Positions 46,657 to 56,663 of a stretch of DNA of 64,000 nt are shown here, one piece after another. Source of the stretch: Sediminibacterium sp. (GTDB taxonomy: Bacteria > Bacteroidota > Bacteroidia > Chitinophagales > Chitinophagaceae); contig CBDIPL010000004.1 in the NCBI GenBank assembly GCA_965283715.1, positions 199,780 through 263,779 on the forward strand. The letters run 5' to 3'. The first letter of the stretch is position 1, and each line of letters opens with the position of its first letter. The notes beneath the pieces are model-generated. The model was not told the origin of the DNA, made no database searches, and saw nothing but the letters and a program-made list of their open reading frames with translations. Made by a program: the position numbers and the translations under genes.

Positions 46657-47639
46657 TTACTCCTGCTTTGCTCTTCATATTCACTCTCAGGTACTTCCCC
46701 CAATAATGTTTCGCCTTTTATAAACCTGATGGCTTCTTCGGTGGCTTCTATTTCCATGCGCGTTCTGCAGTCAACAGACATGGAACCCATGTGCGCCGTT
46801 AAGATGCATTTCTCTATTTGCTGAAGTGGCCCTTCGTAGGGTTCTTTTTCAAAGACATCGATCGCTGCACCGCTCAGGTGGCCGCTTTCCAATACATCGA
46901 ACAGATCATTCTCATTTACAATGCCGCCGCGTGAAGTATTGATGATCATTGCATCGGGTTTCATTGATAATAAAACCTCTTTGTTGATCATATTCCTTGT
47001 CACTTTTGTAAGTGGCACATGAATGCTGATTACATCTGCCTGTGTAAATATTTCTTCTTTAGATACCCATTCAAGTTTCAGACCAGGAATCTGAAGATTT
47101 GGATCCGGATTAATATCATGTACCAATACCCTTTCCGGTGCGAAACCCAACAGATGCTGAATAACCCTGCTTCCTATACGGCCCGTTCCGATAATTCCTA
47201 CGGTTACTTTTGCAAGCCTTCTTCCAAAATAGCGGTGCCAGTTTCCATTGTGCATTTGCAAATTGGATACCTGTGCAGACCGCAGAAGTGTTAACATCAA
47301 ACCCATAGCCAGTTCGGCAACAGCTGCAGCCGGTGCATCGGAGGTATAGGATACTTTGATACCTTTTTGCCTTGCAGTTGTGAGGTCAACACTATCCAGG
47401 CCTATACCCACCCTTGAAATAAATTTTAGTTGATCGGCCTGATCAAGTACCAATGAATTGATCTCTTCTGTACCTGCGATCACAACATCAAAACCGGGAA
47501 TTAATTCCGCAAGTTGCGCTGCTGTAAGTTTTTTGTTATGCGGATTGATCACGTATTCGATGCCTGCCTGTTCTAATAACGTAATTGGCAGTGGATCTTT
47601 ATCAGCAAATGGAACGGTAGTGATTAAAGCACGGGGCAT
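46653..47639 (-). CDS. D-2-hydroxyacid dehydrogenase (phosphoglycerate dehydrogenase-like, no ACT domain)
   Basis: ATG 47639 gives MPRALIT, with SRVGIGLDSVD, GIIGTGRIG, HVPLT, INTSRGG, DVFEKEP, TAHMG. Confidence 0.9.
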   Translation of the reverse strand: MPRALITTVPFADKDPLPITLLEQAGIEYVINPHNKKLTAAQLAELIPGFDVVIAGTEEINSLVLDQADQLKFISRVGIGLDSVDLTTARQKGIKVSYTSDAPAAAVAELAMGLMLTLLRSAQVSNLQMHNGNWHRYFGRRLAKVTVGIIGTGRIGSRVIQHLLGFAPERVLVHDINPDPNLQIPGLKLEWVSKEEIFTQADVISIHVPLTKVTRNMINKEVLLSMKPDAMIINTSRGGIVNENDLFDVLESGHLSGAAIDVFEKEPYEGPLQQIEKCILTAHMGSMSVDCRTRMEIEATEEAIRFIKGETLLGEVPESEYEEQSRSK

Positions 47640-47670
47640 TGATACTATGTATTTAAATATTAATCTGTGA

Positions 47671-49191
47671 TTATTTTCGACGGATCTTCTGGTAAACGAG
47701 CACCAAGTCGGACCTTGTAAAGCCAATGATCCAAGGTTGCCAGTACAACATTGTAGCCGATATTACAACATAAAACAACCCAGCAATTCCCATCGCTATG
47801 ATAACGGGTAAATGAATAACGGAAACGATCGCAAACTTTGCCACCCAACCGGCAGCAAGCGCCAATAAAAGTGAGGCTATCTGGTAGGTCCAGTCAAATT
47901 TCCATTTAAACATTCTTGCCAATATCCAACCCTGCACATTTACAAATATTACCTGCATAAACACCATTTTATAGGCAAGTCCCAGTGACTTTAAACCCAG
48001 CCCGCCGAATAAGGCGTCAGCAGGTGCAAGCATAAAATAAGAAACCGCTATACTGGAGATCATAAAGATAATACCCTGTACTACCTGTATCCGCGATTTG
48101 CCTGTTGCATAAAACATAGTATTGCAGATCTGACCATTTGATTGATGTATGGGATACAGAAACATCAACATCATGGTAGTAGCACCTCCAAGATAGGCTG
48201 CCCCCAGTGTAAGCTGAATGATTTCAGGTGTCCATGGAAGCACGAAACCAGCAACCATTGCTCCTATAAAATAAAGACCACGTGATGTTTTATGATAAAG
48301 GCTTTTAACTCTGTGCAGGTCTTTGATATGGTATGCTTCGGCAATTTCTTTCCAGAAGATTCTTAATATGGAAGTTGTTGCCAACAGCGATATAGCAGCG
48401 AACTGATAGGCAACTGAGTAATAAGCCTGTTCCCTGGCGCCACCCCAGTTCTGCAGCATCCATCTGTCTGCAAAATCATGTGTGAATGAGATCCATACAT
48501 AAGGTATAAAAGGCAGGCAGTATATCCAGAATTCGCGGAAAAAAGAACTGGGCGTGTCCGGGTGTTGGTCACCTTCACTATTGTTTTCTTTATTATGCCA
48601 ATACATTTTGGCTGCATACCAACCGGCTATTGCCCATTCTGCCGCAGTAGCTATAAAAATTACGGGCAGCCCAAGTTTGCCAAACAGCCATAAACACACT
48701 ATGGCAATCAGATGAAGAAACACTACCACCGTGTTTAGGCGTTGTACTAAGAATGTTTGCCTATTTGCTTCTGCCATTTGCGAAGCGATCAACCATACCG
48801 AACCCTGCATAAAGGTTGCGATCAGAGCCAGCAAAACCAACCCCCTGCTTTCTCCTTTCCAAATCTCGGCAACCCAATTTTCAGGTATAATACAACCGAT
48901 GACCAAAACAGAAAGCAGCAGTTGAATACCCGTCCAATTCCAAAAGAACCGAACAAATTTACGGCTCCTGCTTCTTTGCGATAAGAAAGTAAAATAAGCA
49001 GTAACGGTACCCATATCCAGCAGCTGCCGGAAAGCTGCAAATGAAACCAGCAAAAACGACATACGTCCGAAGTCTGTTGGGCCTAACCACCGGGCTAATA
49101 AAACGCCTGTCAATAAACTTACCCCACTCCGAAGGATATTAGCGATTAGACTGGCTGCAATTCTTGCCTTAACTGTATTTCGTTCTTCCAT
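47671..49191 (-). CDS. wzx: Wzx flippase (polysaccharide biosynthesis transporter)
   Basis: About 12-14 TM segments, LARWLGPTDFG, DRWML, AYYSVA. Confidence 0.85.
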   Translation of the reverse strand: MEERNTVKARIAASLIANILRSGVSLLTGVLLARWLGPTDFGRMSFLLVSFAAFRQLLDMGTVTAYFTFLSQRSRSRKFVRFFWNWTGIQLLLSVLVIGCIIPENWVAEIWKGESRGLVLLALIATFMQGSVWLIASQMAEANRQTFLVQRLNTVVVFLHLIAIVCLWLFGKLGLPVIFIATAAEWAIAGWYAAKMYWHNKENNSEGDQHPDTPSSFFREFWIYCLPFIPYVWISFTHDFADRWMLQNWGGAREQAYYSVAYQFAAISLLATTSILRIFWKEIAEAYHIKDLHRVKSLYHKTSRGLYFIGAMVAGFVLPWTPEIIQLTLGAAYLGGATTMMLMFLYPIHQSNGQICNTMFYATGKSRIQVVQGIIFMISSIAVSYFMLAPADALFGGLGLKSLGLAYKMVFMQVIFVNVQGWILARMFKWKFDWTYQIASLLLALAAGWVAKFAIVSVIHLPVIIAMGIAGLFYVVISATMLYWQPWIIGFTRSDLVLVYQKIRRK

Positions 49192-49217
49192 GAACCATTC
49201 TGTTCAATCTAGTTTCT

Positions 49218-50984
49218 TTATTCGCCATTCAAAATATGTTTCAATACGTTTATTGGATTTGAGATACTGCGCGAATAACGCTCACAGAAAGATCTGCGCG
49301 CTTCCTGTATATCTTGTTGATTCCACCATCCTTTTACATCATCGTATACTTCAGCCACTTTAGCTGCTGCAGCATGGGGTGTTTCATGAAAAATACCACA
49401 ATTTTTAAGTGATTCAAAATAAGGCAGCGCATCCTCCCTTAGTTCCCAGTGATCAGGATTCCAGAAAATAATAGTGGGAACATTTAAAGAAAGGGTTTCA
49501 AGAAAGGTGGTAGAATTATAAGTTGAAATAAACAAGCGCGATTTGCTGATCAAAGCCGTCATAGAAACAGCCCCGTTATCTAGTTTGATTTCAGGTAGCC
49601 GGTCCTGCCACCTTTGATTTTGTGATAATCCAAAGTCCTGCTTAAATAAACGAACCAATACATTCTCCTGCATTGGGTGTGGTATCGCCTCTACAAACTG
49701 GTATTGATCTTCGAAATAATTTAGGATTTGGGAAGACAAAGGCACTGCAAACAAGTGATAAGAATAACGCGGCAGGGCCATGGTAACCAACAGAATATTT
49801 CCCTGTGGATCCCAGGTTTGCGTTTTATTCATCACCACAAGATTGGCAAATGGTTTTACCACCGGGGTTTTAATGCTATCCCACCCCCAACTGATGTACT
49901 TGTTGGAGACTGCTTTCTGGTGAGCTTCTGTGAATCCAAATGCAACGGTACCATAGTTACCTCCATGCTGCGCTATTACAAGTTGAGACCCCTGTTCGGT
50001 TTTTCTGGCTGCCCAGGCTTTAAATACATCATCTAGGCTATCAGAATTTGCCGTAAACATCAACCGCGGATTAGAGGGCCATGGCAGTTGAGAGATTTTT
50101 AATTGCAGCGCCTCGTATCCTTCAAGATAAACCCTTGGTATGTGTTCGGGAATCATTCCGAACAAGATTTCTTCAAACCTGTTTGCCGGAGGTATTGTTC
50201 CGATAGAAAAAGTAGGCCTTGCATAAAGGGTATTTATTTTAGGCGGTTCCACCAATTCCCAGAATTTGGGCACCTGTCCCATCTGTAACTGTAATTGTAC
50301 TGCACTCTTTGCAGGAAGATAACTTGATATAAAAAAAGCTTCACGGGGTTTAACAAAAAAATTAAAAAGTCTACTTACCCCCTTCATGCCACTTTTCAAT
50401 ATTGCGGATAAAGATGTAGCAGTTTCGACCATTACATTGCCTGGCATTGTATAACTATTCTCCAATGCCGCTATGTGTATGTTAACACTGGTAAAACGTT
50501 TTAGTATTTCGTGAAAGATCCCTTCATTCCAGAAATCATCAACAAATAATTTTTGAAAATCTGCCATGTCGTTGGGCACAAGATCTTCCAGCGACGAGCC
50601 TAATACATAAGCATCTGATACCTGGTATTCTTTTATTGCTTTTTCAAGCATGCTCCATCGATCGAACAGCATCTGGACAAAATAGCCAAGCCATGGTCCC
50701 ACCAATATCCGCCAATACCTGGTGCTATATTTTGTGTTATGTATCGCATTTAATTTACCCGAGATTTCAACAAGTAATTTTTCATGAAGTTCAATAAGGT
50801 ATTGATAATCTGCATGGTATTTTTGCCTGTCATCCCAGTGATATTTTACAACCTCTGCATCCATCTGTAACCATCTTTCTTTTCTGGAATACAAACGGCA
50901 CCATTCCCCAAGAAACAAAACTGGTACTGAATTGTCGGGCCATGTTTGTTCAAAAGGAGATGTGATCAGGATCCTTTCTACCAT
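49218..50984 (-). CDS. LIC12162/TIGR04331-like putative transferase; orphan with GT-B-like C-terminus
   Basis: PVLFLGEWC, YHWDDR, RYWRILVGPWL, IAQHGGNYG, ISWGW, STYNSTTFLETL resemble that family (from memory). Confidence 0.75.
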   Translation of the reverse strand: MVERILITSPFEQTWPDNSVPVLFLGEWCRLYSRKERWLQMDAEVVKYHWDDRQKYHADYQYLIELHEKLLVEISGKLNAIHNTKYSTRYWRILVGPWLGYFVQMLFDRWSMLEKAIKEYQVSDAYVLGSSLEDLVPNDMADFQKLFVDDFWNEGIFHEILKRFTSVNIHIAALENSYTMPGNVMVETATSLSAILKSGMKGVSRLFNFFVKPREAFFISSYLPAKSAVQLQLQMGQVPKFWELVEPPKINTLYARPTFSIGTIPPANRFEEILFGMIPEHIPRVYLEGYEALQLKISQLPWPSNPRLMFTANSDSLDDVFKAWAARKTEQGSQLVIAQHGGNYGTVAFGFTEAHQKAVSNKYISWGWDSIKTPVVKPFANLVVMNKTQTWDPQGNILLVTMALPRYSYHLFAVPLSSQILNYFEDQYQFVEAIPHPMQENVLVRLFKQDFGLSQNQRWQDRLPEIKLDNGAVSMTALISKSRLFISTYNSTTFLETLSLNVPTIIFWNPDHWELREDALPYFESLKNCGIFHETPHAAAAKVAEVYDDVKGWWNQQDIQEARRSFCERYSRSISNPINVLKHILNGE

Positions 50985-51799
50985 GCTGTTCTTCCTCCAT
51001 CCATACTGATCACCGCACCATTCATATAGCTTGACGCATCACTCAGCAGAAAAAGCAGTGCCCCCTGGTATTCATCAGGTCTGGCCATACGACCCATGGG
51101 GATACGTGAACAAACCTCTTTTAAAAAAGTTTCATTTTGGTTATTTTCAACACCCCCTGGACAAAGTGCATTACAGCGAACGCCCTGTTTTGCCCAATAA
51201 GTGGCCACATATCTTGTGATGCCTATCAACCCGGTTTTAACAACAGAGTAGGTAATGGGTTTAACCGGCTGTTGCGATTCCTGTAGACCTTCGATATGGT
51301 ATAATCTTTGATCAGGTGCAATGATGCCGAGGTCTGAAGAAATATTTACAATACTGCCACCTTTACTGTTTTTTGAGATCTCGTATCCATAATATTTAAT
51401 ACAGAGAAAAGATCCTTTTAAGCCAACTGCCAGGTCGTTCTCCCATATATCGGAAGGAAAAAATTCAAGCCGTGAAAAATTTTTTTCTTCCGCGTTTTCA
51501 ATTTTAGGATTATTGGCCGCGTTGTTTACAAGACCGTCAATTTTTTTGAAATCGCGTATGATCTCTTCACAGTTTTGACGGATTGATTCTTCGTTGGTAA
51601 TGTTTACCAAATATCCTTTACAAGCAACTCCATATTTTTCCTGTAACGATGCTGCTTGTTCCGTTACTACCTGCAGGTTCAGGTCAAGTAATACCGGAAT
51701 GCCTCCTGCTTCAGCCACAATTTCTGCGTGTTTCCTTCCCAGCAAACCTGATGCACCTGTAATAACAATTACTTTGTCTTTAAGCGAAAAAATTTCCAT
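50978..51799 (-). CDS. Classical SDR oxidoreductase (PtmA/FlmA-like)
   Basis: ATG 51799; ITGASGLLG, VNNAANNP, NISS, YSVVK, NALCPGG, MDGG. Confidence 0.9.
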   Translation of the reverse strand: MEIFSLKDKVIVITGASGLLGRKHAEIVAEAGGIPVLLDLNLQVVTEQAASLQEKYGVACKGYLVNITNEESIRQNCEEIIRDFKKIDGLVNNAANNPKIENAEEKNFSRLEFFPSDIWENDLAVGLKGSFLCIKYYGYEISKNSKGGSIVNISSDLGIIAPDQRLYHIEGLQESQQPVKPITYSVVKTGLIGITRYVATYWAKQGVRCNALCPGGVENNQNETFLKEVCSRIPMGRMARPDEYQGALLFLLSDASSYMNGAVISMDGGRTAW

Positions 51800-51807
51800 A
51801 TAGCTTT

Positions 51808-52572
51808 TTAAAACTGTATCGTTTGTCCTCCATCTATTACAAAACACCCACCGGTGATAAATGATGCACGCGCTGAACTTAAAAAAAGTGCAAGGTCAGT
51901 TACCTCTTCGGGCTTACCGAATCGTTGCAAAGGAACTTTTGTTTCCAGCATTTCTTTTACTTTACCGGGGTTTTCACGCATCTTATTACCCCAAGTACCT
52001 TCTTCAGTAAAAATATTACCTGGTGCAATAACATTCACCCTGACGGCGGGAGCGAGTCGATGTGATAATGATTTTGAAAATGCCAGTAAAGCCGACTTTG
52101 CGGTAGAATAATCGGTAGGCGCACCAATGAACTCGGTGCCGGCTATAGATGAAATGAATAAGAGTGACCCTTTATTTGCTGATAGCGATGGATGAAATAC
52201 GCGGGCCGTATTCAATGCGGAGTTAAAATTTGTATCCCATACTTTATTCCAGGATTCCTTATCACTGACAGGGTCGGGTACGGATCTTCCGCTACCTACA
52301 TTCGCTATAGTCGTATCGATCTTTCCGGCTGTTACCTGTAAGATTTTCTGACAGATTTCAACGAGGCTCTCTTCGTCGGACACATCACATTGGTAGAAAA
52401 AAGACTTTCCCGGAAATCGGTCATTCAAAAAAGTTTCCGTTGCTTCATCTTTCGTTCGTGAAATGATAAAGACATTTGCTTTTTCTTCCAGAAATCCATG
52501 GGCAAGTGAAAGCCCGATCCCTTTTGTTCCTCCTGTTATGACAATATTCTTGTTTTCGAGGGACAGGTTCAC
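51808..52572 (-). CDS. Classical SDR oxidoreductase
   Basis: ITGGTKGIG, ANVG, FISS, YSTAK, NVIAPG, IDGG; GTG start. Confidence 0.9.
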   Translation of the reverse strand: MNLSLENKNIVITGGTKGIGLSLAHGFLEEKANVFIISRTKDEATETFLNDRFPGKSFFYQCDVSDEESLVEICQKILQVTAGKIDTTIANVGSGRSVPDPVSDKESWNKVWDTNFNSALNTARVFHPSLSANKGSLLFISSIAGTEFIGAPTDYSTAKSALLAFSKSLSHRLAPAVRVNVIAPGNIFTEEGTWGNKMRENPGKVKEMLETKVPLQRFGKPEEVTDLALFLSSARASFITGGCFVIDGGQTIQF

Positions 52573-52593
52573 AATACGATTGTTTAATAATGA

Positions 52594-53256
52594 TTACTTG
52601 GTTGCGTATCCTATCAGCATTAATTCCCTTGACCAACGAAGGAATTTATTTTGTGTTCTCACGGGTATAAACGGAGAAATAAGTGAACAAAATAAATTGA
52701 TGGCCGGATATCTCCACACAACAGGAAGCTGTCTGAAAATATAAACTTTAATATCGCTGAAATCACTCATCATATAGAGATCAGTCAATGCCACTTTTGT
52801 AAACGGTGTACGGTGTGTAAAATCGTCGAAATATATTTTATAATTAGATTCCCAATCCGGAACCAGGCAAAGTATTTTACCACCGGGTTTTAACACCCTT
52901 CTCGCTTCCTTCAGAAACTTATCAGGGTGCCAGAGATGTTCGAGTAATGATTTGTTATAAATAATATCAAAATGATTATCGGGGAAAGGCCATACATCAT
53001 CTTCAAGGTTCACTTCCTTTTGAATAGGAACTGTGGGACATTGTGTTCCGGCATGAGCAGATAGGTCTACTCCATAACAATCAAGTCCTAGTTTCTGAAA
53101 CTCAGCCAGAAACTCGCCGCGGCCACATCCAGGTTCCAAAAATTTTTGTCCTGCCTGCATGCCAAACTGGTGAAACAGGTAAGAGGCCAGTTTACCTGGA
53201 TACGTAGTTTGTGGGTGAGAATTGGTGTCATAAATGACCTTAAGATAATCTGCCAT
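52594..53256 (-). CDS. Class I SAM-dependent methyltransferase
   Basis: LEPGCGRGE, GVDLS, FDIIY, EHL, RVLKPGG. Confidence 0.92.
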   Translation of the reverse strand: MADYLKVIYDTNSHPQTTYPGKLASYLFHQFGMQAGQKFLEPGCGRGEFLAEFQKLGLDCYGVDLSAHAGTQCPTVPIQKEVNLEDDVWPFPDNHFDIIYNKSLLEHLWHPDKFLKEARRVLKPGGKILCLVPDWESNYKIYFDDFTHRTPFTKVALTDLYMMSDFSDIKVYIFRQLPVVWRYPAINLFCSLISPFIPVRTQNKFLRWSRELMLIGYATK

Positions 53257-53260
53257 GTTT

Positions 53261-53701
53261 TTATTTTAATTCTTGTACAATTTCCAAAATATTCCCTTCC
53301 ATATCATAACAGTACATCACTTTGACTTTACCGTCTGGTGATACCTGGTAGTTATTTTTGATACTTCCTTTATTTGAAATAATATATTTTGTTACTTGCT
53401 CTAAATCGGTAACTGTAAATGCAATATGAGAGCAGCCTAACCGGTTAGATTCCTGAAGACCTGCATGCTCTAGGTCCGGAGAAGCCGGTGAGATGTATTG
53501 TAAAAGCTCTACCAAAGATCCATCGGGCAGTTTTAATTTTGCCCAGTCAAGTATGGTCTCTTGTAATCCAACAAGTGTATCAATATAATTCCCTTTTTCA
53601 GTCATACGCGAAAACAACTGCATACCTAGCCCTTCGTAAAAAGCAATTGCTTTTTCAAGATCTTTAACAACAATACCTGTGTGCCTTGTATTAACTACCA
53701 T
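53261..53701 (-). CDS. VOC (glyoxalase/methylmalonyl-CoA epimerase-like) protein
   Basis: Metal-ligand pattern RHTGIVVKDLEKAIAFY ... VELLQY ... HIAFTV ... ILEIVQ. Confidence 0.88.
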   Translation of the reverse strand: MVVNTRHTGIVVKDLEKAIAFYEGLGMQLFSRMTEKGNYIDTLVGLQETILDWAKLKLPDGSLVELLQYISPASPDLEHAGLQESNRLGCSHIAFTVTDLEQVTKYIISNKGSIKNNYQVSPDGKVKVMYCYDMEGNILEIVQELK

Positions 53702-55082
53702 ATACTTCTTTGATACTGTCAGCTATCGCCGTTTCAAATACCGATAAACCTTCCATCATGGCTTCTTCATGAATCATTAAAGGCGGAGCAAGCTTAATGG
53801 ATTCTCTACCTGTATGTACAACTAATAAGCCGGTCTGTAAACATTTTTCGCTGATCAGATCGCAGAGCGAACTTAAAGCAACACCCTTGTCATCATTAAA
53901 AATTACTGCTGCCAAAAGTCCTACTCCCTGCACTGAAGAGATATAACCGGCATACTTTGTTTTGATCCTGTCCAGTTCCTGATGGAACTTAACACCCAGG
54001 TCTCTTGAATTATCTATTAAACCATCTTCAATCAATGCCTCCAGATTAGCTAATCCTGCTGCACAAACTAATGGATTGGCAGAATGCGTTGAGCTCATTG
54101 AGCCAACACCAGGAAGATCCATTACTTCTTTTGTTCCCAACACCAGCGCTAGAGGTAAACTTGAACTGGCACCTTTACCGCAAGCCAGCAAATCTGGTTC
54201 CACTTCATAGTTCATATAACCAAATAATTTGCCGGTACGCCCAAAACCTGCCTGCATTTCATCGAAGGTTAAAAGCAAATCATTTTCTTTTGCGAAGGCA
54301 GCTACTTCCTGTACAAATTCTTTTGGATAAAAAACAGCACCCCATCCCTGGAAAGTTTCCATCATGATACCACACAGGTCTTCCTTAGGATCTATGTTTT
54401 TTTTAGCCACCAGTTCTTGGATAGCATCCCTGAAATATTTGCGCGGGTTTTCCATAGCTTCTTTTCTCCATGGATAAGGAAAGGGAAGATGGTAAATATT
54501 AGGGTCAAGAAAACCGATCCATTCTTTTTGTCCTGGGTTCCAACCCATCATTTGCGCGCCCATTGTTCTTCCATGCCAGTTTCCTTCAAAACAAAGGATA
54601 CCACCTTTTCTTTTTCCCAACTTCTGACCATTTAACCGCATCAGTTTCAAACATGCTTCCGTAGCTTCGGTACCTGCTGAAAGTAAAAATGCTTTCTCAA
54701 ACTGTGCCGGTGTATGTGAGATCAAATAATCCAGGTAAGCATATCTTTCAGGAGAAGTAAAAGTATAGGTATGTAAAAGTGGTTTTTCAATTACTTTCCG
54801 CAAAGCATCTACAATTCTTTTATTTCCATGTCCTGCATTGGTTACAAAAATGGTACTCGAAAAATCGATCCATTGATTTCCCCATGCATCAGATACCTGA
54901 AAACCTTCTGCACGATCCCATATAATGGGTAACTGCCCATGCATAGAATGCGACTCAGTTTCATACACTCTTTCCAGGATCGGAATACTTTCCGGTACAG
55001 GAATAGCTGTTGCAATTGATCTATATTTTGTTTTTACCTGAGCAACCTCTTTGGGTTTGTGAGAAAAACCTAATCCGGACAT
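53691..55082 (-). CDS. Class III PLP-dependent aminotransferase
   Basis: WIDFSS, SAGTEA, GNWHGRT, FDEMQAGFGRTG, LACGKG (PLP lysine), STH. Confidence 0.92.
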   Translation of the reverse strand: MSGLGFSHKPKEVAQVKTKYRSIATAIPVPESIPILERVYETESHSMHGQLPIIWDRAEGFQVSDAWGNQWIDFSSTIFVTNAGHGNKRIVDALRKVIEKPLLHTYTFTSPERYAYLDYLISHTPAQFEKAFLLSAGTEATEACLKLMRLNGQKLGKRKGGILCFEGNWHGRTMGAQMMGWNPGQKEWIGFLDPNIYHLPFPYPWRKEAMENPRKYFRDAIQELVAKKNIDPKEDLCGIMMETFQGWGAVFYPKEFVQEVAAFAKENDLLLTFDEMQAGFGRTGKLFGYMNYEVEPDLLACGKGASSSLPLALVLGTKEVMDLPGVGSMSSTHSANPLVCAAGLANLEALIEDGLIDNSRDLGVKFHQELDRIKTKYAGYISSVQGVGLLAAVIFNDDKGVALSSLCDLISEKCLQTGLLVVHTGRESIKLAPPLMIHEEAMMEGLSVFETAIADSIKEVYGS

Positions 55083-55085
55083 AGT

Positions 55086-55820
55086 TTATTTTTTTATTGA
55101 TTCTAAATAATTAAGCAGTGGCGTACCTTGGTTTTGTAACTGATATGCTATATAATTAAAGTCTTCCTGCGTATCAACTTCATGACAAAGTGGAGATTCA
55201 AATACCATCATTTTGTCTCCATGCAGGCTATTCGATTCCAGCACTGATGAACTGCGGATGATGTCAATATATCCGTCCGGTATATAAACAGGCGGAAACA
55301 TCTGGCGAGGAAGATTCACTTTTTCTGGTGTGAGGTCATCACGCAATCCTTTGAAGTATCCTTCTTCGTCTTTTAAAAACCATTTAAACGGTGATTCGGA
55401 TGCAGCATGTCCCGATCTTAATGAACTTGCATTTTGTGAGGTAAGAAAAAGTTTGATTGCCTTACTCATAATTGCAGGATCTCTAAGGGGGGTTGTGGGT
55501 CTCAGGTGAACGACATATTCTGGTACTTCTTTTTCATTATCGCGAAACCATTGCAAAGCATGTAGAACAAAATCGAGGTCGCTTGATTTATCGCCCGAAA
55601 TCAAATCCGGTCTTAAGAAAGGAGCTTCTGCTCCATAACTTACCGACAAATCCGCATATTCCTGTGAATCTGTTGAGATGATAACACGGTCGATTTCCGG
55701 GGTCATCTTACCGGCTGCGATGCTATAAGAAAACAATGGGAAATCACCCAAAAGATTGATGTTCTTGTTAGGCACTCCTTTGGATCCGCTTCTTGCTGGA
55801 ATAATGGCTACTATACTCAT
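55086..55820 (-). CDS. neuA: Acylneuraminate cytidylyltransferase (CMP-nonulosonate synthetase)
   Basis: IPARSGSKGVPNKN, STDS, PFLRP, HLRPTTPLR, PRQ, EVDTQED. Confidence 0.92.
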   Translation of the reverse strand: MSIVAIIPARSGSKGVPNKNINLLGDFPLFSYSIAAGKMTPEIDRVIISTDSQEYADLSVSYGAEAPFLRPDLISGDKSSDLDFVLHALQWFRDNEKEVPEYVVHLRPTTPLRDPAIMSKAIKLFLTSQNASSLRSGHAASESPFKWFLKDEEGYFKGLRDDLTPEKVNLPRQMFPPVYIPDGYIDIIRSSSVLESNSLHGDKMMVFESPLCHEVDTQEDFNYIAYQLQNQGTPLLNYLESIKK

Positions 55821-56662
55821 GATTGAAAAAAGTCAGTATATATTTTTTGGAAATAAGACAATTGCTTTTTAAAAACCTCAATCCCTTCATCATCCCTGTA
55901 AACCTGGAAAATCAAAGGCATGTTAAACTCTAACGTAGAAAATGCGGTAAAAAAATCTGTGAAACGGGCATCGCCTGTTCCGAGGAAAACAGAACCGCCA
56001 CCCAGTGTTCTGTCTTTAATATGTATGTCGGAAACTCTATTCCCGTATAAACTGAATTCTTCCAGCGGGTTATAACCTAGTGAGGCGCTGTTACCTGTAT
56101 CGTAATTAACCGTTATCTTTTTTGAATCAAAACGATCGATCAGATCTTTGAATGGCTTTGGTGCCAGATCTGTTTCAAGCGATAAATTTATATTTGCTTT
56201 TTCGGCCAGTTCCAACACCGGTGTAAGTGTTTCCACCAGGCGATCTTTGGCTGCAGCATCCTGTAACGAGGATTGATCAACACATGGCAATACAATATCT
56301 TTCAAACCAATCTGTCTTCCATTTTCCATCAACACTTTTAATACATCCAGACTTTTTTTACGGATGTCCGCATCTGCATGATGCAGCGGAGCCTCCATAA
56401 AATAATCAGCACATACCGTGTTTACAGCAACGCCAGTTTGCTGCACCATATTTCTAATTTCAACAATCCCATTATCGCTCAATAAAGGATTTTTCTCTGC
56501 ATCATTATAATCAAGAATGAATTCAATGGAAACGAGGCCCAGCTCTTGGGCAATTGGAAATTCTTCCGACCAAGATCCAACTGGATGTGCCTGATACCTA
56601 TTTTGGTATTTAGGCAATAAACGTCCTTGCATGATTCCAAAACCGGGCGCATACTTACTCAT
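55817..56662 (-). CDS. Sugar-phosphate isomerase/epimerase, xylose-isomerase-like TIM barrel (UlaE-like)
   Basis: GIMQGRL, SIEFI, SLETD, NYDTGNS, DIHIKDR; ATG 56662 lies 1 bp after the neuB stop. Confidence 0.85.
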   Translation of the reverse strand: MSKYAPGFGIMQGRLLPKYQNRYQAHPVGSWSEEFPIAQELGLVSIEFILDYNDAEKNPLLSDNGIVEIRNMVQQTGVAVNTVCADYFMEAPLHHADADIRKKSLDVLKVLMENGRQIGLKDIVLPCVDQSSLQDAAAKDRLVETLTPVLELAEKANINLSLETDLAPKPFKDLIDRFDSKKITVNYDTGNSASLGYNPLEEFSLYGNRVSDIHIKDRTLGGGSVFLGTGDARFTDFFTAFSTLEFNMPLIFQVYRDDEGIEVFKKQLSYFQKIYTDFFQS

Positions 56663-56663
56663 A

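Noticed and set aside
45958-47639. pgl and serA read as housekeeping pentose-phosphate and serine genes
   Set aside because: No zwf/gnd or serC nearby, the dehydrogenase lacks the ACT domain, and both are translationally coupled within the glycan operon.
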